NCBI GenBank assembly: GCA_963796055.1 | Contig: CAWCKH010000004.1 | Coordinates: 384,001 to 448,000, forward strand | Length of the DNA stretch: 64,000 nucleotides | Source: an uncultured delta proteobacterium | GTDB taxonomy: Bacteria; Myxococcota; Myxococcia; Myxococcales; Myxococcaceae | Reading direction: 5' to 3' | In this document: piece after piece, positions 48,427-57,798 of the stretch | Layout: every line of letters starts with the position of its first letter | How positions within the stretch are numbered: position 1 is the first letter of the stretch | Made by a program: the position numbers and the translations under genes | The notes under the pieces: generated by a model | The model's input: the letters and a program-made list of their open reading frames with translations, nothing else | Databases searched by the model: none | What the model was told of the DNA's origin: nothing

Positions 48427-49188
48427 ATGGCGCAGGTGGCGAAGCTCCGGATCTGGAGAGGTGACGCCTCGGGAGGGCAGCTGCGCGACTACGACGTCCC
48501 CTGGGAGGAAGGCATGGTCCTCCTCGACGTCCTGCACGTGCTCCAGGCCACGCAGGCCGGCGACCTGGCGGTCCGCTGGAATTGCAAGGCCGGAAAGTGC
48601 GGCTCGTGCAGCGCGGAGGTGAACGGAAAGCCGCGGCTGATGTGCATGACCCGGATGAGCGGGCTGGACACCTCCCAGCCCATCACCGTTGCGCCGCTGA
48701 AGACCTTCCCGGTACTGCGGGATCTGGTGACCGACGTCTCGTTCAACTTCGAGATGGCGAAGAAGGTGCCGGCGTTCAAGCCCCGGCCCCGGGAGCCCGA
48801 CGGAACCTACCGGATGATGCAGGAGGACATCGACCGGGTGCAGGAGTTCCACAAGTGCATCGAGTGCTTCCTCTGCCAGAACGTCTGCCACGTCATCCGT
48901 GACCACCCGGAGAACCAGCCGCAGTTCGCGGGTCCCCGGCTGTTTGTGCGCCTCGCGGCGCTGGAGATGCACCCGCTGGACACCGTCGACCGGCGGCCGT
49001 TCCTCAAGGAGCAGCTGGGCCTGGGAATGTGCAACATCACTAAGTGCTGCACCGAGGTCTGTCCGGAGAGCATCCGCATCACCGACAACGCGATCATTCC
49101 CCTCAAGGAACGGGTGGCCGACGCGTTCTACGACCCTCTCCGCTGGGCGTGGCAGAAGCTGACCGGAGCGGGCTCGGGCTCGAAGTGA
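48427..49188 (+). CDS. sdhB: Succinate dehydrogenase/fumarate reductase iron-sulfur subunit
   Basis: CKAGKCGSC...C, CIECFLCQNVC, CNITKCCTEVCP. Confidence 0.96.
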   Translation: MAQVAKLRIWRGDASGGQLRDYDVPWEEGMVLLDVLHVLQATQAGDLAVRWNCKAGKCGSCSAEVNGKPRLMCMTRMSGLDTSQPITVAPLKTFPVLRDLVTDVSFNFEMAKKVPAFKPRPREPDGTYRMMQEDIDRVQEFHKCIECFLCQNVCHVIRDHPENQPQFAGPRLFVRLAALEMHPLDTVDRRPFLKEQLGLGMCNITKCCTEVCPESIRITDNAIIPLKERVADAFYDPLRWAWQKLTGAGSGSK

Positions 49189-49275
49189 GCGCGGCGCGGT
49201 GGGCCTCGGACGTGCAGCCGGTGGTCATCCACGACGCCGGTCACTGGAGCATGGAGAGCAGCCGGCGGCGATGTG
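49189..49275 (+). pseudogene. C-terminal remnant of an alpha/beta-fold hydrolase
   Basis: ASDVQPVVIHDAGHWSME, then (frameshifted) QPAAM. Resembles the catalytic-His AGHWxxEEQP region. Confidence 0.45.
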
Positions 49276-49324
49276 AAAGCCGCCCGGACTCGAAGCACGT
49301 GCGAGCGTGCCCTCGGCGCGATCG

Positions 49325-50362
49325 TCACCCGCCGAGGTGCGACCGGAGGAACGCGACGACCTCGTCGTACGCAGCGGCAACCGCCGGATCGGCGAGTCCG
49401 AACGGCTCGGCATCGGGCCAGCCGCCGGGGAAGACGTCGAACAGGTGGTCGTAGCCCTTCATCCGTATCAGGCGATGCGGGACCCGCGCGCTGTCGAGTG
49501 CCGCAGCCATCCGCTCCGAGGCCTCGAACGGGACGTCGCGGTCCCGATCGCCGTGCAGGAGGAGCGTTGGCGGGTAGTCCGGACCGAGGTGGTGGATGGG
49601 AGACAGCCCCTCGAGCTCACGGCGCTGTGTGACCGGGTCAAGGCCGGCGACCCGCAGGGGCCAGAGGCCATGCTGTTTGCAGTAGTTGTAGTAGACGACA
49701 CGAGGGAAGATTGGGCTCTCCGAGACCGGCTCGTCGCCGACGACGGACTCGGCCTCCGCTTCGAGAACGGGCTTCAAGCCGAGGTAGTCGGGATTCGGTC
49801 GCGTGGTCCAGTCTCCGGCGATGTCGCCGTAGCCGTAGAACGAGACGATCGCCTTCGGCCGAGGACTGAGCGCGTATCCGGCGGTCAGCGCTAGAAATCC
49901 GCCGGCCGAGTTTCCGACGATGGCGATCCGGTCGGGATCGATCGAATACAGACTCGGCCCCTTCTCCCGCACCCACCGGTAGGCGTCTCGCAGATCGCTG
50001 AGGATCGCAGGTAACTTGGTCTCCGGCGCCAGGCGGTAGTCGATCGAGATCAGCACGAACCCTGCGTCCAGGTAGCGCTGGAGCTGATCCGGCCGGACCG
50101 TGTCACGACTTCCGAAGATAAGGGCTCCACCGTGGATCCACATCACCGCCGGCCGAATGCCCTTGCCGGCGCGGCGATAGACATCGGCCTTGATCGCGCA
50201 CTCGCCAACGCGCTTGTAGGTCATCGTGACCTTGGAGTAGTTCCTGCGCGCGGTGACCCCGGACTGCTCCGCAGCTCGCGAGTCGAGCCCCAGGGTGAGG
50301 GTGAGCGCGGCGCAAAGTAGCCGCCCCGCTCCTCGGTTGATCAGGCGACCGCGGCACCCCAT
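49325..50362 (-). CDS. Alpha/beta hydrolase (HSL-like esterase/lipase), possibly exported
   Basis: IHGGAL, DYRLAPE, GNSAGG, HGDRDRDVP, DH. Start uncertain. Confidence 0.88.
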   Translation of the reverse strand: MGCRGRLINRGAGRLLCAALTLTLGLDSRAAEQSGVTARRNYSKVTMTYKRVGECAIKADVYRRAGKGIRPAVMWIHGGALIFGSRDTVRPDQLQRYLDAGFVLISIDYRLAPETKLPAILSDLRDAYRWVREKGPSLYSIDPDRIAIVGNSAGGFLALTAGYALSPRPKAIVSFYGYGDIAGDWTTRPNPDYLGLKPVLEAEAESVVGDEPVSESPIFPRVVYYNYCKQHGLWPLRVAGLDPVTQRRELEGLSPIHHLGPDYPPTLLLHGDRDRDVPFEASERMAAALDSARVPHRLIRMKGYDHLFDVFPGGWPDAEPFGLADPAVAAAYDEVVAFLRSHLGG

Positions 50363-50476
50363 CTCGGAAGCGGCCTCCAATCGTTCAGCTCCCGGTGCAA
50401 CGCTGGTTTCGACCGGGGTCTCATCTCCGCAGATGCTACCCCAGCGAACCTCCATCGCTCGTCTTGCCTGCCTCGA

Positions 50477-51658
50477 ATGACAATCGGCGAGACCTGCTGG
50501 CTGGCCGTGGCGGTGGTCGGGCTCGCCTACGCCTGTACCTCCACCTGGGGCACCGCTCGCATCGTGCGCGGAATCCCCGTGTTGCGTGATGACGCCTCCC
50601 CTGCGCCGGAGCACCGGGCACGGGTCTCTCTCATCGTCGCCGCGCGCGACGAGGCCGAGACGCTCGGCCCGGCGGTCCGGAGCCGCCTCGCCGAGGGATA
50701 CCCGGTGCTGGAGGTGGTCCTGGTCGACGATCAATCGACGGACGGGACCGGCGCGGTGGTGGACGCGCTCGCGTCCGAGGATGCGCGGATCCGGGCGGTC
50801 CACCTCACGACGCTTCCTCCCGGATGGCTGGGGAAGCTCCACGCCCTCCGCGAGGGATTGGGCCTGGCCACTGGCGAGTGGCTGCTCTTCAGCGACGCCG
50901 ACGTCCACCTCGCACCGGGGACTCTGCAGCGCGCGGTGGCCTTCGCCGAGGCGCGGGGGCTGGACCATCTCGCGATCCTTCCCCAGCTGCTCCCGGTGAG
51001 CTGGCTGGTCGACGCCGCCCTCGCCTCCTTCTCCCGCTCCGGACTCGTGCTCGGCCGGGTGTGGCTGGTTTCCGATCCACGGTCGACTGTGGGCGGGAGC
51101 GTGGGGGCGTTCGGCCTCGTTCGCCGCTCCGCGCTGGAAGGAACTCCGGGGATCGAGCACCTCCGGCTCGAGGTGGTCGACGACCTGGCGCTCGGCCAGA
51201 TGCTCAAGGCCTCGGGCGCGCGGAGCGCGGTGGTGAACGGGCGGGGCCTGGTGACCCTCACCTACCACCGCTCGCTCGGCGAGATGGCCCGCAGCTCGGA
51301 GAAGGCGGCGGCGCTCTTCGACTACCGCCTCTGGCCGGCACTGTGCTGGACGGCGTCGCTCACCGCGCTGGAGCTCGGGCCGTTCCTCTCAGCGGTCCTC
51401 GCCCCGAGCCCTCTTGCGCGCGGGCTGGGCCTCCTCGGCGGGGCACTTCTGCTCGGGAGCACCGCCTGGATGAGCCGCTTCGCGGGTCAGCGACTCCTCC
51501 CCGCCTTCCTCTCGCCGCTGGGAGTGGTGGTCAACGCCGTGCTGCTGCTCCGGGCAGCGCTGCTCGCCAGGGCGCGGGGAGGCCTGTTATGGCGGTCGAC
51601 CTTGTACCGGCCGGAGGAGCTGCGGCCCGGGCGCCGCGTCAGGGCCCCGTGGAACTGA
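50477..51658 (+). CDS. Family 2 glycosyltransferase (HpnB/CrtQ-like, membrane-bound)
   Basis: AARDE, VDDQSTDGT, LPPGWLGK..AL, FSDAD, VVDDL.LG; C-terminal TMs and W....Y. Confidence 0.9.
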   Translation: MTIGETCWLAVAVVGLAYACTSTWGTARIVRGIPVLRDDASPAPEHRARVSLIVAARDEAETLGPAVRSRLAEGYPVLEVVLVDDQSTDGTGAVVDALASEDARIRAVHLTTLPPGWLGKLHALREGLGLATGEWLLFSDADVHLAPGTLQRAVAFAEARGLDHLAILPQLLPVSWLVDAALASFSRSGLVLGRVWLVSDPRSTVGGSVGAFGLVRRSALEGTPGIEHLRLEVVDDLALGQMLKASGARSAVVNGRGLVTLTYHRSLGEMARSSEKAAALFDYRLWPALCWTASLTALELGPFLSAVLAPSPLARGLGLLGGALLLGSTAWMSRFAGQRLLPAFLSPLGVVVNAVLLLRAALLARARGGLLWRSTLYRPEELRPGRRVRAPWN

Positions 51659-51670
51659 CTGTGTCCAAGC

Positions 51671-51714
51671 AGGTGCCCAACGAGGTGCCCCAACGAGGTG
51701 CCAGACACCTCGTT
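51671..51714. repeat. REP-like element: three AGGTGCC cores ending in palindrome AACGAGGTG-CCAGA-CACCTCGTT
   Basis: Direct repeats of (CAACG)AGGTGCC and a 9-bp perfect stem between convergent genes. Confidence 0.65.
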
Positions 51715-51739
51715 ACCCAACCCGGTGGACGCCCGTCAC

Positions 51740-52069
51740 TCAGTGGTGATGGTGGTGAACCGCGTGATGCGGCCAGAACGTCTCGTCGCTGTTCGGGACG
51801 AAGGAGAGGATGAAGAGCAGCGTCGCGGCGAGCACCGTCACGTGAAAGTGGTCGATGTTGGGCAGCACCGCTCCCGACCAGAAGAGCCAGACGGCCACGG
51901 CCACGTTGAGGAACCGCAGCCGCGGAGCCCAGATGGCCATCACCGAGATCACCGCGATCAGTCCTCCCAGAAGCAGGTCGTGCCAGAACACGGCCGATCC
52001 GCTGGGTAGCAGGAAGGCGCTGGCGAACACCGCAGCGCCGAGGAGAACGCTGAGGACTCGAGCGATCAT
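51740..52069 (-). CDS. Small SPW-repeat-like membrane protein with C-terminal His-rich tail
   Basis: GGAGG RBS; four hydrophobic segments (W.DLLLG, LRFLN..VAVWL); ends HHAVHHHHH. Confidence 0.7.
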   Translation of the reverse strand: MIARVLSVLLGAAVFASAFLLPSGSAVFWHDLLLGGLIAVISVMAIWAPRLRFLNVAVAVWLFWSGAVLPNIDHFHVTVLAATLLFILSFVPNSDETFWPHHAVHHHHH

Positions 52070-52193
52070 GACGCACCTCCGCCGCCCACGATCCGTCTCC
52101 GGCGCTCGGGCCACAAGGGGCGCTACACCCAGTACGAGTGGCAGCCGCACACCCAGGCTTGCTCAGTCTCCGTGCCGCCCGCCCAACGACCGC

Positions 52194-53510
52194 TCAGGAG
52201 AGCGGCAACGGCCCGGTGCAGAAGCTCGGGTCTCCGAAGGTGGTGATGCTCGACCCCATGCTCCGGGCCAGCGCAAGCAGGAGATCGTTGTGGCTCGGGT
52301 TGCCGCTGAAACGGAGGAAGCGCCCCATGGTGAGCGCCCCGCCCGCGCCACCGGCGAGCAGATACGGCATCGGCTGGTGGGAATGGACGTTCCCCCGGGC
52401 CAGCTCGTTGACGCAGAACACCAGGGTGTTGTCCAGGACGCTGCCGGTCCCCTCGGGGATCGCCGCCAGCTTGCCTAGGAAGTACGCCAGCTGCTCCATG
52501 TACCAGACGTTGATGCGGGTGAGGTTCTCCACCGTGTCCGCCGCCGAGTCCGCATCGTGCGACATGTCGTGGTGCCCGCGGGCGATGCCCAGCCAGGTGA
52601 AGCGGACCCCGCTGACCGACACCGACCACTGGAGCGTGCCCACCCGGGTGAGGTCACAGGCCAGCGCCTGGGCCATCAGGTCCATCTGCAGCTTGCCCAC
52701 CGCAGGGTAGTTGTCGTTGCTCCAGACGTCGAGCGCCGGCGGAGCCGCGGGCCTGGTGCAGATCCCGGCGGTGGAGAGAACCCGGGTCTCCAGATCCCGC
52801 ACGGTGTCGAAGTGGGACTGGACCTTCTGCCGGTCGGCCGCACCCAGCCTGGGCGCCAGCGCCGAGTACTGGCCGAGCACCGCGTCGAGCACGCTCCTGC
52901 GCTCGGCCTGGAGCCGGGCCAGGGCCGCGGGGTCCGCCGCGTCGGCGAAGAGCCGGGTGAAGACTTGCTTCGGGTCGTTGGCCGGAGGCAGCGGGACGCC
53001 TGCCGAGGCGTAGTTGGCGTAGGACCAGACCTCGGACCCGCCGGACTGCACACCGAGCTCGAGCGAGCGGAACTTGGTGTCCGCGCCCACGGTGCCGGCG
53101 ATCAGCTGGTCGATGGACTGGTTCCCGGCCAGCCCGGCACCGTTGATGTTCCCGGGGAGGAGGTGCGTCCCGGTGAGCATGCACCCCATGCCCTTCTGAT
53201 GGTCGTCCCCTGGTCGCTGCTCGTAGTTCCCCACCTTGACCATCACCCCATCCAGGACCAGCAACCTCGACTGCAACGGCTGCAGCGGGGCGAGGATGCG
53301 GGAGAGGGTGAAGGAGGAGGTGCTGCCGGTGGGCACCCAGTTCTCGTGGATGCTCCCGTTGGGGGTGAACCAGACCACGAACCGGCGAGGCGGGCCGCTC
53401 GGCGCCGCCCGGGCCACCCTGCCCCGAGGAAGCAGCGACTCGAGGAACGGCAGGGCCAGGGTCACCCCTGTGCCCCGGAGCAGCGTCCGTCGGCCGAACC
53501 GGGCGCTCAC
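52194..53510 (-). CDS. DUF1552-domain protein (twin-arginine-like N-terminus)
   Basis: RRTLLRGTGVTLALPFLESL, PNG, SIDQ.IA, RSLELG, SVLD, ALACDLTRV, HH.MSH, SVLDNT. Confidence 0.92.
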   Translation of the reverse strand: MSARFGRRTLLRGTGVTLALPFLESLLPRGRVARAAPSGPPRRFVVWFTPNGSIHENWVPTGSTSSFTLSRILAPLQPLQSRLLVLDGVMVKVGNYEQRPGDDHQKGMGCMLTGTHLLPGNINGAGLAGNQSIDQLIAGTVGADTKFRSLELGVQSGGSEVWSYANYASAGVPLPPANDPKQVFTRLFADAADPAALARLQAERRSVLDAVLGQYSALAPRLGAADRQKVQSHFDTVRDLETRVLSTAGICTRPAAPPALDVWSNDNYPAVGKLQMDLMAQALACDLTRVGTLQWSVSVSGVRFTWLGIARGHHDMSHDADSAADTVENLTRINVWYMEQLAYFLGKLAAIPEGTGSVLDNTLVFCVNELARGNVHSHQPMPYLLAGGAGGALTMGRFLRFSGNPSHNDLLLALARSMGSSITTFGDPSFCTGPLPLS

Positions 53511-55177
53511 GGGCCACCCCCCTCGCTCACCCGGTAACGGAAGGCATCGGTCTCCACCAGCGAGAGGAACACGTCGCGCATCGTCCAGCCTCGTCCGGCG
53601 AAGCGCGACTCGAGGAGGGCCGTGCTCCCGGTGTCCTCCGGCCCGGGCACCCTCCCGAAGGCGAAGCGGAACCACTGCTGGACCACGCAGTCACGCACTT
53701 GCTGGCTCCGGGACAGGCTCTCTTCAAGCTGGAGGACGCCCTGGAACGGCGCGGAGACGTCGGTGTCCAGCGCCTGGCCGGAGTCGTCGACCGGCTTGCC
53801 GTTCTCCATGGTGCGCGCCTGGCCGATCCCGTCGAACTTCTCGAAGCCGAGTCCGATGGGGTCCATCAACCGGTGGCACACCGAGCAGGCCGGATCGGTG
53901 GAATGCTGCGAGAATCGCTCCCGGGTGGTGAGGTTCGGGTCGAGATCGGGAACCTTGATGCTCACGTTGGCCGGGGGAGGCGGCATCACCGCGCAGAAGA
54001 GCTGTTCTCGGACGAACTTCCCCCGCTGGACGGGGTTGGTCTGGTTGGGCTTGGAGAGCATCGCCAGGATGCTGCCCTGGGTGAGCAGCCCGGCCCGCAC
54101 CGTTCCGGTGGTGTCCACCTTCTGGAAGCCGCTGCCCGTCGGCGCCGGAAGCCCGTAGAAGCCGGCCAGCGTGGCGTCGACCCACGTCGAACGGGCGGAG
54201 AACAGGGAGGAGAGATCTCCCGGCCCGTTCCAGAACACGTCGTCGACGTAGCGGGCGGTCTCCTCGCGCCAGAGCGGGACCAGCGCGGGGCTGAAGGCCG
54301 GGTAGATGGCGGTGTCCTTCTCCAGGGCATCCAGCTTGGAGAGCTTCAGCCATTGCTCGTGGAAGTGGGCCACCGCGGCGTGGGCGCGGGGATCCGCTGC
54401 GAGCCGCTCGGCCTCGGTCCGGATCTGCTCGGCGGTCCGGAGCTGGTCGGCCTCGGCCTTGGCCAGCAGCGCATCGTCGGGCATCGACCCCCAGAGCAGA
54501 TACGAGAGCCGCGAGGCCATCTCCCAGGAGGTGAGCGGCACCACGGATCCGCTGGCCGCGCCCGGCGCCCCGAGCTCCGGGCGGTACAGAAACCCTGGCG
54601 ACATCAGCATCGCCTCGACGACCAGCCGGATCCCGTTCGAAACGTCCTTCTGCTGTCTGCCCACCTGGAACACGCCGAGCAGGGCGGTGGTCTCCTCGGC
54701 GGTCACCGTCCGGCGGAAGGCGCGGCGGCCGAATCCCTGGATGAAGCTCCGGGCACAGCTCTCCTCGGCGGCGGAGTCGGCCAGCGTCCCGGCGGCACAG
54801 GGGGCCAAGGTGGAGAGCTTCTGGACCGCGCGTCCGGCGAGCGTCTCGGCCGCCGCGAGGTACTGCTCGGCGAGCAGCGGGGAGAGCCCGAAGACCTCTC
54901 CGCTGTCGAAGCCCACAGTCTGGTCCTCCACCGGGAAGGCCCGCGCCGGACGGCTGGTGTCGCCCAGGAGGTCGGCGACGGTGTTGTCGTACTCGAAGCG
55001 GGTCAGCCGCCGGAGGAAGCTCGCTCCCGGGTTTGGCGGGGATGGTGCACCGCCGCCGGGGCCGCCCCCACCACCTGGTCCGCTCCCGGAGCCATCCCCG
55101 GCCGAGGTGATCGATCCGGTGCACGACAAGAGGAGCCCGGCGAACAGCACCGGGAGAAGAGGGGAGGAGCGCGTCAT
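53507..55177 (-). CDS. DUF1592/1588/1587/1595/1585 multi-domain lipoprotein with CxxCH
   Basis: Lipobox LLSC, Gly linker, LRRLT..EY.NT..DLLG, MLMSP.FLYR.E, ASRLSY.LW.SMPD, P..RG.FV, CSVCH..MDPIG..FE.FD. Confidence 0.92.
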   Translation of the reverse strand: MTRSSPLLPVLFAGLLLSCTGSITSAGDGSGSGPGGGGGPGGGAPSPPNPGASFLRRLTRFEYDNTVADLLGDTSRPARAFPVEDQTVGFDSGEVFGLSPLLAEQYLAAAETLAGRAVQKLSTLAPCAAGTLADSAAEESCARSFIQGFGRRAFRRTVTAEETTALLGVFQVGRQQKDVSNGIRLVVEAMLMSPGFLYRPELGAPGAASGSVVPLTSWEMASRLSYLLWGSMPDDALLAKAEADQLRTAEQIRTEAERLAADPRAHAAVAHFHEQWLKLSKLDALEKDTAIYPAFSPALVPLWREETARYVDDVFWNGPGDLSSLFSARSTWVDATLAGFYGLPAPTGSGFQKVDTTGTVRAGLLTQGSILAMLSKPNQTNPVQRGKFVREQLFCAVMPPPPANVSIKVPDLDPNLTTRERFSQHSTDPACSVCHRLMDPIGLGFEKFDGIGQARTMENGKPVDDSGQALDTDVSAPFQGVLQLEESLSRSQQVRDCVVQQWFRFAFGRVPGPEDTGSTALLESRFAGRGWTMRDVFLSLVETDAFRYRVSEGGGP

Positions 55178-55423
55178 CGGACCGCGCGAAATCCCAGCAA
55201 CGTCGGGGCCATCCGCAGCGCCGGGGCCCGGGGCGGGAGTTCCGGAGGCGTGAGCGCTCGCCGAGTCGACGAGGCGGGGGGTGCTCCCCGCAGCGTGATG
55301 GGGACACCCCGCACCACGCGCCGTCTCCGCGCGAAACACAGGGCGGTCCTGTCGGAATGATGCGCCAGGAACGGTCGCAGCGCGTCCCGACCCCGCTGGG
55401 CTTGGGTTTCGAGGACGCCCCGG

Positions 55424-56287
55424 TCAGCCGGCCGAGATGAGCGCGACGGCCACGCCGGCCAGCGCCAGCCCGGCGCCCTGACGCCTGGCAATGGGCTCCG
55501 CGAGGATCCAGTGCGCGAGCGCCACCGTCACCGCCGGGTACAGCGAGGTGAGCACCGCGACGACGCTCAGCAGCCCGATCCGCGTCGCCAGGAAGTAGCA
55601 GATGAGCGCCACCGCCACCAGGACGCCGATGGCAATTGGCCAGACCCAGGTGAACATCGCACCCGGACGCTCTTCTTCACCGCGGTTCACGGGTCCTGTT
55701 CCGATGAACGGCTGGGCGGCGACCATGACCAGTGTCGACAGCAGCTGGGAGGCCGCCGAGGGCCAGAGTCCCACATCACGCCCCGCGCGCTGGAGCGCGA
55801 TGAAGAGCACGGCGAAGCCCACCCCCGCCAGCACGCCATCGATCACGCTCCCGAGCTCCAGCCCGGGGCGGTGCTTCTCCGACGGCCCACTGGAGACGAG
55901 CCAGACCGCGGGCATCGACAGGACGAGCCCGGAGGCGGCGGCAAGCGACGGACGCTCGCCCGTCGCCAGCCCGAACAGCGCCGGCAACCCTGCGGCGAGC
56001 ACCCCGGAGAGCGGCGCCACCACGCTCATCCGACCGCGAGCGAGCCCGCGGTAGAGGGCCAGCGTTCCCAGTCCACCACCCACACCGGAAATGGCTCCCC
56101 AGCGGAGCGCGGACGCGCTCGCGCCGCCTCCGACCACCCACGCTGCGAGCACCGCCCCCACCGCGGCCGTCAGCTGGGAGATGAGCCCCACCCGCGCGTA
56201 GTGTGTCCGGCGGGACACCCACCCAGCCAGAAAGTCCCCGACGCCGTACGCAATGGCCGCGCCCAGCGCGAGGAGGACGGCGAGCAT
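55424..56287 (-). CDS. DMT/EamA-family transporter
   Basis: YGVGDFLAG, LYRGLA.G.MSVVAP, LTSLYPAVTV.LA..IL.E; about 10 TMs. Confidence 0.9.
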   Translation of the reverse strand: MLAVLLALGAAIAYGVGDFLAGWVSRRTHYARVGLISQLTAAVGAVLAAWVVGGGASASALRWGAISGVGGGLGTLALYRGLARGRMSVVAPLSGVLAAGLPALFGLATGERPSLAAASGLVLSMPAVWLVSSGPSEKHRPGLELGSVIDGVLAGVGFAVLFIALQRAGRDVGLWPSAASQLLSTLVMVAAQPFIGTGPVNRGEEERPGAMFTWVWPIAIGVLVAVALICYFLATRIGLLSVVAVLTSLYPAVTVALAHWILAEPIARRQGAGLALAGVAVALISAG

Positions 56288-56405
56288 CCCCTGTGTCTAG
56301 CTGGCTTCGGGCGAGCCCGCCTGCTCAGCCGTCCCTCTAGTAGGGCGGCCTCGACGGCGAGGGCTAGAGCTCTGCTCCTCCGCGCGCGTGGAGGAGATAC
56401 AAGGC

Positions 56406-56900
56406 TCAGGGGACGGGCTTCTCGTATCGCCGGCAGGGAACGGAGACCGGTCCGCTGCTGGTCTCAGCGCCGTAGTCGAGGTACCCGGCGTCGACCCAGC
56501 CCTGCCGGGCGTAGAACCGGCGCGCCCGGGCGTTGCCCACTGCCACCGCCAGCCAGGCGAGTGGGTGGTGGGCGGCGATCAGCTTCTCCCCGTGCCGGAG
56601 CAAGGTGGCGGCCACGCCGGTGCCCCGCGCCAATCCGTCGACGTACAGCTGCTCGATCTCGTCGACGTGCACCGTGACGAAGCCGACCACCCGGGAGTCG
56701 AGCGTGGCAACCGTGGTCGTCGGTAGCCGCGGGGGCACCCGCTTGCGGAAGTCGCTCAGCTGGCGATGGGCGTGGAGCGCTTCGGGCACGTGCCCGAGGT
56801 GGCCGTCAATCCACCCACGATGCCAGACGGTGGCGATCTCCTCCACATCCTCCGGGGTCGCCGGCCGCAGCGTGAAGCGCGAAGCGTCGGGAGCCGTCAT
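56406..56900 (-). CDS. GNAT-family N-acetyltransferase
   Basis: LRPAT.ED, QLYV...ARGTGVA, N.RARRFY.R.GW. Confidence 0.9.
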   Translation of the reverse strand: MTAPDASRFTLRPATPEDVEEIATVWHRGWIDGHLGHVPEALHAHRQLSDFRKRVPPRLPTTTVATLDSRVVGFVTVHVDEIEQLYVDGLARGTGVAATLLRHGEKLIAAHHPLAWLAVAVGNARARRFYARQGWVDAGYLDYGAETSSGPVSVPCRRYEKPVP

Positions 56901-56937
56901 CGACTTCCTCCTGCAAGAACGACGGGGCCGGACGGGT

Positions 56938-57702
56938 TCAGCAGTACTCGGCAGAGGAGAGTAGCGTGCCCGGAGACGACCGGGTGATGAAGCGGAACTC
57001 GCGGGTGAAGTGCGCCTGGTCGTAGTAGCCGGCTTCCAGCGCCAGCTCCCCCAGCGAGGCGCGCGGCCGATGGAGCGCCACTGCCCTCCGGAAACGGAGG
57101 ATGGACGCGAGCTGCTTGGGGGTGGCGCCCACGCGCCGCCGAAAGCGCCTCTCCAGCAGGTCCTGGCTGACGCCGAGGGTGTGGGCAATCCCGCCGATCC
57201 GCGCGGTCCCGTGCGAGGCGCGGAGCAGCCGGACCGCCCCGGCGACCAGCGGGTCGGCCTCCGGACGGAGACGCGCGGTCAGGAAGCGCTCCAGTGCCGC
57301 GGCCCGCTCCCGGTCGTCCGAGGCACGTCCGACCTCGTCGACGAGCCGTGCGACCTGCGCCGCCGGCAGAACGTCGTCCAGAGGGAGGATGGCGCCGAAC
57401 AGAGGGTGAAGAGGGACGCCGAGCAGCGCCGCCGCCCCGGTCTCGGTGAACTTGGCCACCACCACGCCCCCGCCGGCGGCGGTCCGCATGAGGCGGGCGG
57501 TCGATCGGAAGCCGGTGAGCGCTGCGGGAGCGAGCGGCTTCGAGGACCCCTCCACCGCCGACTCTCCGGCGTAGCGAACCCCGAGGATGAGCCCGGGTTC
57601 CGGCAGGAGAGTCCGGGTGATTGGGGCGGAGGTCTCGACGACCTCGAGGCGGTGGAGGTAGGGCGCGAGCGCCGCGGGAGGAGCGACCGTCCTGACGGTC
57701 AC
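56938..57702 (-). CDS. AraC-family transcriptional regulator (DUF6597-like N-domain)
   Basis: LERRF...VG.TPK....I.RF, LALEAGYYDQAHF.REFR. GTG start inferred. Confidence 0.88.
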   Translation of the reverse strand: MTVRTVAPPAALAPYLHRLEVVETSAPITRTLLPEPGLILGVRYAGESAVEGSSKPLAPAALTGFRSTARLMRTAAGGGVVVAKFTETGAAALLGVPLHPLFGAILPLDDVLPAAQVARLVDEVGRASDDRERAAALERFLTARLRPEADPLVAGAVRLLRASHGTARIGGIAHTLGVSQDLLERRFRRRVGATPKQLASILRFRRAVALHRPRASLGELALEAGYYDQAHFTREFRFITRSSPGTLLSSAEYC

Positions 57703-57798
57703 CGCCGGGCTCGATCCGGGTTCCTGGCTGGCCGGAAGCGCGCGCACCCCGAATTCGTACAAGGCGGCCGGCTGCGGCGCCGGCAAAACGTCCTCGCG

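Noticed and set aside
51671..51714. Mini CRISPR array
   Set aside because: The repeats are 7-13 nt with no spacers, and no cas genes are present.
55275..55312. Imperfect GC-rich inverted repeat upstream of the DUF1592 gene
   Set aside because: It is bulged, single-copy in the window and expected by chance at this GC content.
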